DNA from: Parvibaculaceae bacterium
GTDB lineage: Bacteria > Pseudomonadota > Alphaproteobacteria > Parvibaculales > Parvibaculaceae
Length of the DNA stretch: 64,000 nt
Reading direction: 5' to 3'
Assembly (NCBI GenBank): GCA_028283765.1
Contig: JAPWJY010000001.1
Coordinates: 2,357-66,356 of the forward strand
Shown here: piece by piece, positions 18,131 through 27,324 of the stretch
How the letters are laid out: the number at the start of each line of letters is the position of its first letter
Position numbering within the stretch: position 1 is the stretch's first letter
The notes under the pieces: model-generated
What the model was told of the DNA's origin: nothing
Seen by the model: only the letters and a program-made list of their open reading frames with translations
The model's database searches: none
Position numbers and translations under genes: made by a program

Positions 18131-20479
18131 TCACAGACGCACGATACGCAGACGCAGCGCATTGCCGATGACGGACACGGAGCTGAGCGACATGGCCAGC
18201 GCCGCGAAGGCCGGCGGCAGCAGCATCCCCGTGAAGGGATAGAGCAGCCCCGCCGCCAGCGGAATACCCAGCATGTTGTAAATGAAAGCAAGGAAGAGAT
18301 TCTGGCGGATATTGCGCATGGTTGCCCGCGCCAGCCCGAAGGTGCTGACGAGGGCAGAAAGATCGCCATGCAGCAGCGTGACAGAGGCGCTTTCCATGGC
18401 GATGTCGGTGCCCGTGCCCATGGCGATGCCGACCTGGGCCTCCGCAAGCGCCGGGGCGTCATTGATGCCGTCGCCGACCATGGCGACCCGCGCGCCGCCC
18501 TGCGTGAGCTGACGGACGATGTCTCGCTTGTTCCCGGGCAGGATCTCCGCGTGAACCTCGGTGATGCCGAGCTGGCTGGCGATGGCCTCAGCCGTCTGCC
18601 GGCTGTCGCCCGTCAGCATGATGATCCGCAGGCCCTGGCCCCGCAGCGCCTCAAGCGCCGCGGGCGTGCTCGCCTTGATGGCGTCGCCCAGCGCGAAAAG
18701 CCCGGCCGCCGCCCCCTCCACGGCCATGAACATGACGATAGCCCCGCTCCGGCGGCGGGTTGCGGCAATATCCTGGAGGGGACCGAGCTTTATCCCCGAT
18801 TCCGCGAACCAGCGCTCCTGACCAACCCAGACCTCACGGCCGCCGACTCGCGCCTTCACTCCCTTGCCGCCGAGAGACTGGAAGTCGCTGTTGTCGGGAA
18901 AGGCCAGATGGCGGTCCCGCGCCGCCTCGACAATCGCCATGGCGAGGGGATGCTCGCTGGCGCGCTCGACCGCCGCCCCCAGCGAAAGCAGATCGTCCGC
19001 CTCGAAGCCCGCCGCCGCATCCACGCCGAGCAGGCGCGGACGCCCCTCGGTCAGGGTGCCGGTCTTGTCGAGCACGAGCGTGTCGATGGTCTCCAGCGAT
19101 TGCAGCGCCTCGGCGTCGCGCACGAGAATGCCATTTTGCGCGCCCCGGCCCATGCCGACCATGATCGACATGGGCGTGGCAAGACCAAGCGCACAGGGGC
19201 AGGCGATCAGCAGCACCGAAACGGCGGCGACAATGGCATGGGAAAGCGCCGGAACGGGCCCCCAGATCGCCCAGGCCGCAAAAGCCGCAAGCGCAATGGC
19301 GATGACCACCGGCACGAACAGGGCCGCCGCCCTGTCCGCGAGGCTCTGGATGGGCGCGCGGCTGCGCTGGGCCTCGGCGACCATGGCGACGATGCGCGCG
19401 AGCATGGTGCCCTCGCCCACCACGTCCGCGCGCATGATGAAGCCCCCCTCACGGTTGAGCGTGCCCGCGATCAGCTTCTCGCCCACCGCCTTCTCGACGG
19501 GAATGGGTTCGCCTGTGACCATGGACTGATCGACGACGGCCGTTCCCTCGACAATTTCGCCATCCACCGGCACGCTCTCGCCGGGCCGGACCCGCAGCCG
19601 GTCGCCCACATGGATTTCACGGGTCGGAATGTCCTCATCCACGCCATTGGCCCCGATGCGCCTGGCCGTGCGAGGCGCAAGATCGAGCAGCGAGCGCAAT
19701 GCCGAGCCCGTGCGGTCGCGCGCTTTCAGCTCCAGCACCTGCCCCAGCAGCACCAGCACGGTGATGACGGCCGCCGCCTCGAAATAGACCGGCACGACGC
19801 CATCCATCATGCGCACCGATGCGGGAAAGAGCCCGGGCGCCAGAACTGCAACCAGCGAATAGACAAATGCGGCGCAGAGCCCCATGGCGATCAGCGTGAA
19901 CATATTGAGGTGGCCGGTGACGACAGACTTCAACCCGCGCTCCAGCAGCGGATAGCCGGTCCACAGCACCACCGGCACCGCAAAGGCGAGCTGGATAAGT
20001 TGATCCGCAAAGGGCGAAACCACATGTCCCCCTCCAGACAGGTGCCCACCCATATCGAGCAGAACGATGGGCAGGGTGAGAACAAGGCTGATCCAGAAGC
20101 GCCGGGTCATATCGGCAAGCTCGGGATTGGGACCATCCTCAAGCGAGACAGCCTTGGGCTCCAGCGCCATGCCGCAGATGGGACAGGAACCCGGATGGTC
20201 CTGCACGATCTGCGGATGCATCGGACAGGTGTAGAGCGTACCTGCACGTTCAGGCATTTTGGCCGCCGGTTTTCCATGCAGCCAGGCGTCAGGATCGGCC
20301 TTGAATTTTTCAAGGCAGTCCGCGCTGCAAAAATGATAGGTTTCACCATGGTGCACATGGTGGTGCTGTGTCTTCAAGGGATCGACGCTCATCCCGCACA
20401 CCGGGTCTTTCACGGTCCCGGCCGAACTGGCGCCGCTCTCCTTGTGACCCTTATGACAACAGCCGTGCCCGGTTTCCAT
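18131..20479 (-). CDS. copper/silver-translocating P1B-type ATPase with N-terminal YHS/TRASH and CxxC-type metal-binding modules
   Basis: CPC in the TM helix (IACPCALGLATP), DKTGT phosphorylation site, TGE-region, GDGINDAP. The N-terminus has VCGMSVDP...YHFCSADCLEKF (TRASH/YHS) and YTCPMHPQIVQDHPGSCPICGMAL in place of a GMTCxxC HMA domain. Confidence 0.9.
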   Translation of the reverse strand: METGHGCCHKGHKESGASSAGTVKDPVCGMSVDPLKTQHHHVHHGETYHFCSADCLEKFKADPDAWLHGKPAAKMPERAGTLYTCPMHPQIVQDHPGSCPICGMALEPKAVSLEDGPNPELADMTRRFWISLVLTLPIVLLDMGGHLSGGGHVVSPFADQLIQLAFAVPVVLWTGYPLLERGLKSVVTGHLNMFTLIAMGLCAAFVYSLVAVLAPGLFPASVRMMDGVVPVYFEAAAVITVLVLLGQVLELKARDRTGSALRSLLDLAPRTARRIGANGVDEDIPTREIHVGDRLRVRPGESVPVDGEIVEGTAVVDQSMVTGEPIPVEKAVGEKLIAGTLNREGGFIMRADVVGEGTMLARIVAMVAEAQRSRAPIQSLADRAAALFVPVVIAIALAAFAAWAIWGPVPALSHAIVAAVSVLLIACPCALGLATPMSIMVGMGRGAQNGILVRDAEALQSLETIDTLVLDKTGTLTEGRPRLLGVDAAAGFEADDLLSLGAAVERASEHPLAMAIVEAARDRHLAFPDNSDFQSLGGKGVKARVGGREVWVGQERWFAESGIKLGPLQDIAATRRRSGAIVMFMAVEGAAAGLFALGDAIKASTPAALEALRGQGLRIIMLTGDSRQTAEAIASQLGITEVHAEILPGNKRDIVRQLTQGGARVAMVGDGINDAPALAEAQVGIAMGTGTDIAMESASVTLLHGDLSALVSTFGLARATMRNIRQNLFLAFIYNMLGIPLAAGLLYPFTGMLLPPAFAALAMSLSSVSVIGNALRLRIVRL

Positions 20480-20518
20480 TTTTTCTTCACCTGTCCATTA
20501 TATTGGAATGCAGTGTGC

Positions 20519-20543
20519 GCCTTCCAGCGACAGGAAGGTCAAG
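20519..20543 (-). promoter_or_regulatory. CueR/HmrR (MerR-family) operator overlapping the copA promoter
   Basis: Minus strand reads CTTGACCTTCCTGTCGCTGGAAGGCG. -35 TTGACC and dyad CCTTCC-N7-GGAAGG have the same arms and spacing as the E. coli copA CueR box (CTTGACCTTCCCCTTGCTGGAAGG). The 19-nt spacer to a weak -10 is typical of MerR promoters. About 60 nt upstream of the ATPase ATG. Confidence 0.65.
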
Positions 20544-20667
20544 CGTTCTTGTCGTTTTCGGCATGTCCGCTTTTCCTTGACCTGAAGGGATGCCAATGGC
20601 ACTCGGATTCATGGATGGAGAGGCAGCCCCCTTCCGGGGTGCCGGCATGACATGAACAGGAGACGGT

Positions 20668-22589
20668 TTGGCTCGATTTCCGGGCATGGCCGCCAGGGAG
20701 CAGGGACGAGGCAAGAGGGCAGCAGCGCTGCTCATCTGCCTTTTGGGCTGGACCTTGTCCAGCGGGATCCTGTCCGGCTGCGCGATGCTCGGGATGGACG
20801 AGAAGCCGAAGACTGCGGAAGAAAATGAGGACTCCTGGAACAGTTCCTCCCCGTCATGGGAAACGGAAAAGGGCCTCGCCTTCAGCCAGAAAATTTCAGG
20901 CAATTTGCCTGCTGACCTCGATGGCCTGATGCAGGAGGTGACGACGCTCGGCAAGGGCAATGCCCCGCCACCGGTAACACTGTCCCAGTTGCGCCGCCGC
21001 GCCCGCGACCAGCAGACCCGCTATGAAGAGGTTCTCCGCTCGCAGGGCTATTACAACGGCACGGTGACAACCGTGCTGACAACGGACAAGACCACGAATG
21101 GACGCGCCGTGAAGATCGATTTCCAGATCGATGCCGGCAAACGGTTCCACGTGCGCAGCTTCGCGATTCGCTACACCGACAACCCGCCCGACGCCGCCAC
21201 CCTGCCCGACGACGCCCTGAAACTCGGCATGGGGAAAAACGCGCCCGCGCAATCTGCCCGTTTCCTCAAGTTCACCCAGCTTGAGCTCAAATATATGGCC
21301 GAGCATGGCTACCCGCAGGCCAGAATGGCCAACCGCCGGATCGTGGTCGATCTCTCGCAACAGACCGCGGATGCGACCCTCGACATCGAGGCCGGCCCCA
21401 GACTCGTCTTCGGCGATGTCCGGATCGAGGGGCTGACCGATATAGACGCCGATTATGTCCGCTCCTATTTCGCGTTCAAGAAAGGCGACATCTATGACCG
21501 GCGTCAGGCCGATGCAACGGTCAAGGCGTTGCGCGGCACCGCGCTGTTCGACACGGTCTCGCTGACATCGCTGAACCCGCAGAACGATGGCCTGCTGCCG
21601 CAGCGGCTGGCCGTGCAGCAGCGCGTGCCGCGTTCCATCGGTGCGGGCCTCTACTGGTCCACGGACAATGGCGCCGGCGCGAAGGCTTTCTGGGAGCATC
21701 GCAACCTGCTCGGCGCGGGCGAATCCTTGCGCCTGTCGCTGGACACCTCGAAGATCCAGCAGATCGCCAGCGCGAACTTCCGCAAGCCGCATTATCTGGG
21801 CGACAATCAGAGCCTGATCGGCACCATTGAATTCGCCGATGAAAATACCGATGCCTATGACGAAAAACACATTCTGGTGTCCGGCGGCATCGAACGGCAG
21901 CTTTCCGACATATGGACAGCCAATGCCGGACTTTCCTATCTGAAATCAACGTTCTCGGACGACCTGGGCAATGGTTCGGCGGATCTTTTCGGCCTGCCGC
22001 TCGGCCTGGGCATGAACACCAGCAATGACCTGCTGGACCCGACCACAGGCGCCCGCCTCGCGATCACCGGTACGCCCTACACAGGCAAGGTCTCGCGCAC
22101 CTTCTCCCACTTCATCCGCGCGGAAGGCATCGGCAGCTATTATCTGACGCTTCCCGCCTTCCCCAAATTCACCCTTGCCAACCGCTTCCGTCTGGGATCG
22201 ATCATCGGCTCGGAGAATGAACGGCTGCCGCCTTCGCTGCGCTTCTATTCGGGCGGCGGCGGCTCCGTGCGCGGCTACGGCTACCAGAAGATCGGTCCAC
22301 TCTTCGCCAACGATGAAGCGACCGGCGGCGATTCCGTGGTGGAGGTGGGCACGGAGCTTCGCTACCGCATGTCGCGTCTCTGGGGCTGGTCACCTTTCTC
22401 GAAGGCGGCAACGTCTATGACAAACTCGCGCCCTCGCTCAACGAGAACCTGATGTGGGGCACCGGCGTGGGCGTGCGCTATTACACCCCCATCGGGCCTG
22501 TCCGCGCCGACATCGGCATCCCGCTGAACCGGCGCAGCGGGATAGACAGCGCCTTCCAGCTCTATTTCTCCATTGGGCAGGCGTTCTGA
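20668..22589 (+). pseudogene. tamA: TamA (Omp85-family translocation and assembly module, outer-membrane component) with an apparent 1-nt frameshift near the 3' end
   Basis: The track ORF 20668-22452 has POTRA-like repeats and an Omp85 barrel. After ...VEVGTELRYRMSRLWG the conserved barrel end continues only in the -1 frame from 22386 to the TGA at 22587-22589: LVTFLEGGNVYD...GVGVRYYTPIGPVRADIGIPLNRR...FQLYFSIGQAF*. Total length is 1922 nt, not a multiple of 3. TTG start. Confidence 0.8.
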
Positions 22590-22590
22590 C

Positions 22591-25500
22591 ATGACAGCAG
22601 CGGACGCATCGAGGGGATGGCTGAAAAGGGTGGGCGGCGCCATGCGGGCGCTCGTCGCGGCTCTCATGGGGCTTGCCGCCCTTGTTCTCGCCCTCGTCGC
22701 GCTCATGACCGGCCTGCTGCAGATTCCCGCCCTGCGCAACGCCGGTCTCGCCGCCATGCTGGAAGCCGTGCAGTCGCCCGATCTGCGCATCAGCATCGCC
22801 AATATCGGCGGGACGTGGCCCGGCCGGCTGACCCTCGACAAGGTCGAGGTCGCCGATGCCCGGGGTCCCTATCTCACCCTCGATCATCTCGACCTTGTCT
22901 GGCGGCCTGCCGCGCTCTGGACCGGCCGCCTCCATGTCACCGGCCTTGCAACTGACGGTCTCGCCCTCCTGCGCCTGCCCGTCAGCAGTTCGCCGGCACC
23001 TCCTCCGGACGAAGGCTTCTCGCTCCCCATCCTGCCGGTCGCGATCCAGATCGACAGCCTGTCGCTCGCCCATGCCTCGCTCAGCAAGGATGTGATCGGG
23101 CAAGCCGTGGCGCTTGATGCGAACGCCTCCCTCGACTGGACGTTCCAGCATATCACCACGGCCATCACCGCCCGGCGCAGCGACGCCGTGCCCGGCAATC
23201 TCGATCTCCGGCTCGCCTTCTCGCCGCTGGCGCACAAGCTCTCCGCCACCATTGACCTCGCCGATGGCGGACCCGGCCAGCGGGGCATCCTTTCGCAACT
23301 CGCGGACATGCCCGATGCTCCCTCGGTCACGCTCAAGGCGCAAGCCAACAACAAGGGCGACAAGATCGATGCCACGCTCGCGCTCGATGGCGGGGCGCTC
23401 ATTCAGGCCCATGCCACGGCCGATGGCCTGTGGAAAGGCGTCTGGAAATCCAATATCACGGCGCTGTTCGACAAGGAGAAGGCGGCAACCAGTCTCAATC
23501 TCGATTTCGATCTTTCCGCCAGCGGACGGCTGGTCGCCGACAACCTGTCCATCCTGTCGCGTGCCGGAACGATAAACGCCCAGGGCAAGGCCGTGTGGGA
23601 CGAGGCGGATGATCTGACGCTCCCTGCCTTCACGATCAAGACAGAGCGGATCACATGGGACGGCAATCTTTCCCTCGCCACCATCTCTGCTTCCGGCAGC
23701 CACCACATTTCAGGCCATGGCGGCTTCAGCGGTGCCGACGCCCTGATCGGCAATCCGGGCAATCCTCTGGCGACGCCGCTGGACTGGACGCTTGAGGCCG
23801 ACAGCGACTTCGCCACGGGCGCGACGGAGGTGCAGAATTTCAGCGCGACCTCTCCCGGCGCGGCGCTCCGCTTCACCGGCGCGAACGATGCGGATGGCCG
23901 GATCAAGGGCAAGGCGACGCTGACGGCAGCCGATCTCACCCCCGTGGGCAAGCTGATCGGCATGCCCCTTGGCGGCGCGGGCACGGTGACGCTCGATTCG
24001 CTGTCAGTCAGCCCGGCAGGCGCGCTCGACGCCGATGTAAAACTCGAAACGCAGGCCCTGACCCTGCACGACCCGGCGCTCGACCAGATGCTGGGGTCCG
24101 CGCCCACATTGACCGCCCGTTTCGCCATGGCCGAAAACGGCGACATGAAGCTCAACGACGTACTCCTCGCGCCGCAGGGAAACGGCTTCAGACTCACCGG
24201 CGAGGCGGCCTATTCGGCGCAGGGCATCCTCGCGGCGGACATGCGGCTAGATGCGCCACGTGACGGCACGGCATTCACCGGCTATGGCGTCACCGGCGGC
24301 ATCGCCGCCCGGCTGCAGGCCAACGGCCCGGCCGAGGCCCCCGATCTCGATCTGGAAGGCAGCCTGAGCGACGGCAGCATAGAGGGAGTGACGACACGAA
24401 AGCTCGACGCCAGCCTGAACCTGAAGGGGCTGAAGCAGGGCACGGCGGCGATCAGCTTCGAGGGCCAGCCCGGCAAGGCGAAACTCACCACCGATATTGC
24501 AATGCACGATGACGGCGGCATCCTGGTCGACCGGCTCCATGGCGATCTGTTCGGCGCGCCCACCAGGGGCCACGTTCTGGTCAGGGGGGACGGCCTGATC
24601 GAGGGCGAGATCGGCACCCAAAATCTGCCCCTGCAAGCCGCCAGCGCTTTTGCGGGTGTGGCGCTTGATGGCCAGGCAAATTTCTCAGCGCGGTTCACGC
24701 CGGTTCGGGGCAAACAGAATGCCGCGCTTTCCCTGTCCTCATCCCGGATCGGCCTTGAAAAGACCCTTGAGCTTACCGGCTTTGCCGCGAGCGCGGAGGT
24801 GGCCGACGCCTTCGGCGCCATGGTGCTGGATGCCAGCCTCAAGGCTGACGGCGGCGGCACGAAGACATCGAAGCTCAAGGCGCTCTCTCTCCGCGCCAAA
24901 GGCCCCCTCAAACAGATGGGCGTGAGCGCCCACATGGACGGCGCCATGGAGGGCCTGCACGCGAAGCCGACGCCCTACGCCTTCGACGCCGGAGCGACGG
25001 TGCGTCTCGACAAGCGCCAGAACGTGTCGCTCGACATGATGAAGGCCAACCTCGGCCGCTCCACCTTCGAGCTTGCCCAGCCCTTCACCATTGATTTTAC
25101 CGGTGGCGCGCTCACCACGAACCGCCTGTTGCTCACGGTCACCGCGCCCAAATCGAGCGGACGGCTCGAAGCGGCAATGGCGATGAAGGGGAATAGCGCC
25201 AGGGGAGATTTCACGCTTGCCAGCTTCCCGCTCACCTCGCTGGAAGCGCTCCTGCCCGAGCGCGTCCGGGGTTCGATTTCCGGCGCCGGCACCTTCGACA
25301 CAGGCAAGACGAGCGCCAGCGCCCGGCTCTCCTTCGACGGCATCGGTTTTGGCGGCTCACAGACAAACGGGATGCCCGTTCTCGACGGCACGCTGGAAAC
25401 GGTCTGGCTGAAAAAACAGGTGACGGCCGATCTCGTTTTCACGGGCGCAGGCGAGCAACCCTTCCGGGGTCACGCCACCCTGCCCCTCGTCAAACCCGGC

Positions 25501-26844
25501 GATTCCCCGTGGCCGCACCTGCCCGCCACCGGCCCGATCCAGGCCTCGCTTACATGGAAGGGGCGGCTTGAAAACCTGCTTGCCCCCATCGATCTGGGCA
25601 CGCAGGCGATCACGGGCCTGATGGACCTTGATCTGGCCGTCTCCGGCGACATGGCCGCGCCCGTGGTTTCAGGCCAGGCCCTCCTTACCGGCGGCAGCTA
25701 TGAAAACTTCGACGCCGGCGTGCTGATCAGCAATATCGATGCGAAACTGTCCCGCAAAAGCGATCAGGCGCTCGATTTCACGCTGACCGGCAGCGACGGG
25801 ACCAAGGGCTCCCTCACCACGCACGGCACCATCGATCTCGATCCGGCAGCCAACGAGGCCATCAATATCACCGCGAATTTCGGAAACATCCATCTGGTGC
25901 GCCGCCCGGAGCTGGACGCCAGAGTGGATGGCAGCCTCGATATTACCGGCGCGAAGCTGACGCCGACCGGAGAGGACCCGCTGACCATTTCAGGGAAACT
26001 GGCCATCCCCGATGCCGAAATCCGCATCCCGGACAGCCTGCCGCCGAGCGTGCCTCAGGTGGACGTCATCATGGTCTCGGGGCCCGATGTCATCCCCCCC
26101 GAGACCGCTCCGGCGAAAGCCAATACCGCCCTGCCGGTCATGCTGGATGTGGCGGTCCATATCCCCGGTCCCATGAAGATATCGGGCAGGGGCATCAATT
26201 CGCTCTGGCGCGGCGATCTCAACGTCAAGGGCACAGCGGACTCGCCCGTCGTCAATGGCTCGCTCAATGCCATGCGCGGCTCGCTTTCCTTTGCCGGTAA
26301 AAATTTCAACCTCACAAAGGGGGCGGTCAATTTCCTCGGGCGAACTCCGATCGACCCGGACCTCGATGTGCAACTCGCCTTCAAGCGCGCCAATTTCAAT
26401 GCGTCGGTAAATGTGGCGGGCCGAAGCTCCGCACCCGAGATTTCGATGAACTCGCAGCCTTCGCTGCCGCAGGACGAAATCCTTTCCCACATATTGTTCG
26501 ACAAGGGCGTGGGTGAATTGTCCGCCTTCGAGGCCATCCAGCTTGCCAATGCGCTCGCGGAAGTATCCGGTGGCGGCTTCTCGACCGGAACCATATTGAG
26601 TTCCATCCAGCAGACACTGGGGCTCGACGTGCTGAATTTCGCGGGAAGCGGCGCCAATGGCGCCAGCGTATCAGCTGGAAAATATGTGACCGAAGACGTC
26701 TATCTGGGCGTGCGCCAAGGCACGCTGCCGGGTGATATGTCCGCGACGATCGAGATCGAACTCACCCCGAGCCTCACGCTCGAAACCGAGGTCGGCACAA
26801 CAGCCACGACGCAAGCCGGCATCACCTGGAGCCACGATTACTGA
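22591..26844 (+). CDS. tamB: TamB (translocation and assembly module inner-membrane component, DUF490 C-terminus)
   Basis: About 1417 aa. N-terminal membrane anchor ALVAALMGLAALVLALVALMTGLL, then a long beta-rich body. C-terminal DUF490-like GKYVTEDVYLGVRQG...IELTPSLTLETEVG. ATG is 1 nt after the reconstructed tamA stop. The track ORF starts at 22573. Confidence 0.85.
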   Translation: MTAADASRGWLKRVGGAMRALVAALMGLAALVLALVALMTGLLQIPALRNAGLAAMLEAVQSPDLRISIANIGGTWPGRLTLDKVEVADARGPYLTLDHLDLVWRPAALWTGRLHVTGLATDGLALLRLPVSSSPAPPPDEGFSLPILPVAIQIDSLSLAHASLSKDVIGQAVALDANASLDWTFQHITTAITARRSDAVPGNLDLRLAFSPLAHKLSATIDLADGGPGQRGILSQLADMPDAPSVTLKAQANNKGDKIDATLALDGGALIQAHATADGLWKGVWKSNITALFDKEKAATSLNLDFDLSASGRLVADNLSILSRAGTINAQGKAVWDEADDLTLPAFTIKTERITWDGNLSLATISASGSHHISGHGGFSGADALIGNPGNPLATPLDWTLEADSDFATGATEVQNFSATSPGAALRFTGANDADGRIKGKATLTAADLTPVGKLIGMPLGGAGTVTLDSLSVSPAGALDADVKLETQALTLHDPALDQMLGSAPTLTARFAMAENGDMKLNDVLLAPQGNGFRLTGEAAYSAQGILAADMRLDAPRDGTAFTGYGVTGGIAARLQANGPAEAPDLDLEGSLSDGSIEGVTTRKLDASLNLKGLKQGTAAISFEGQPGKAKLTTDIAMHDDGGILVDRLHGDLFGAPTRGHVLVRGDGLIEGEIGTQNLPLQAASAFAGVALDGQANFSARFTPVRGKQNAALSLSSSRIGLEKTLELTGFAASAEVADAFGAMVLDASLKADGGGTKTSKLKALSLRAKGPLKQMGVSAHMDGAMEGLHAKPTPYAFDAGATVRLDKRQNVSLDMMKANLGRSTFELAQPFTIDFTGGALTTNRLLLTVTAPKSSGRLEAAMAMKGNSARGDFTLASFPLTSLEALLPERVRGSISGAGTFDTGKTSASARLSFDGIGFGGSQTNGMPVLDGTLETVWLKKQVTADLVFTGAGEQPFRGHATLPLVKPGDSPWPHLPATGPIQASLTWKGRLENLLAPIDLGTQAITGLMDLDLAVSGDMAAPVVSGQALLTGGSYENFDAGVLISNIDAKLSRKSDQALDFTLTGSDGTKGSLTTHGTIDLDPAANEAINITANFGNIHLVRRPELDARVDGSLDITGAKLTPTGEDPLTISGKLAIPDAEIRIPDSLPPSVPQVDVIMVSGPDVIPPETAPAKANTALPVMLDVAVHIPGPMKISGRGINSLWRGDLNVKGTADSPVVNGSLNAMRGSLSFAGKNFNLTKGAVNFLGRTPIDPDLDVQLAFKRANFNASVNVAGRSSAPEISMNSQPSLPQDEILSHILFDKGVGELSAFEAIQLANALAEVSGGGFSTGTILSSIQQTLGLDVLNFAGSGANGASVSAGKYVTEDVYLGVRQGTLPGDMSATIEIELTPSLTLETEVGTTATTQAGITWSHDY

Positions 26845-26851
26845 CAGACGG

Positions 26852-27217
26852 TTATTGCGGCCCAGTGATCGGCTTGCCGATCATGTTGGTGCCGATGCCG
26901 TGGGAAGCGCGCCCGCCCAGATTGTCCATCTGGTCCAGCCACTGCTTTTGCTGGAGCTTCTTTTGCTGCTGCTGACTCTCATACTGCTCGGCGTACATCT
27001 CCGCATCGTGCTGATCCTTCGTATTGAAACGCGGATCGCTTTCGGAGCGCTTGTTCACCGGCGGCGATTCCAGTGGATCATGAACTTCATAGGTGCCGGG
27101 CGCCGGACTTTCCACTCCGGCAGGACTGCCAGCGGGTGCATCGGCAGCCTGAACAGACAAACCCGCCGACAGGGAGGCCACAAGAACAGCCGCACCCATC
27201 ATGATATGTTTCTGCAT
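26852..27217 (-). CDS. small secreted hypothetical protein (Gln/Lys-rich C-terminal half)
   Basis: Signal peptide MQKHIMMGAAVLVASLSAGLSVQAADA. SD AGGAGAG lies upstream of the ATG at 27217. No family recognised. Confidence 0.55.
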   Translation of the reverse strand: MQKHIMMGAAVLVASLSAGLSVQAADAPAGSPAGVESPAPGTYEVHDPLESPPVNKRSESDPRFNTKDQHDAEMYAEQYESQQQQKKLQQKQWLDQMDNLGGRASHGIGTNMIGKPITGPQ

Positions 27218-27324
27218 CACTCTCTCCTGGCTGTGCCACCCCTTTTATATAGGCGTCACACCCGGTAACGAAAAGGCGCAATCGATCGCCTGTTCCCCTC
27301 TCCGCCCACGCAGAGCTGTTTTCC

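Noticed and set aside
18368-20650. 760-aa plus-strand ORF
   Set aside because: It is exactly antisense to the P-type ATPase gene, which carries CPC, DKTGT and GDGINDAP motifs. Its translation is Arg/Gly/His/Asp-rich with no recognisable motif. This is the typical stop-poor antisense frame of GC-rich DNA.
20487-20960. 157-aa minus-strand ORF upstream of copA
   Set aside because: It overlaps the tamA 5' region in antisense and spans the copA promoter. No motif, and not a MerR/CueR-like sequence (no N-terminal HTH and no C-terminal CxxxC pattern).
27267-27296. EcfG-type general-stress promoter (GGAAC...CGTT) upstream of the small secreted-protein gene
   Set aside because: GGAAC and CGTT are present on the minus strand, but they are separated by 21 nt rather than the 16-17 nt of the consensus.
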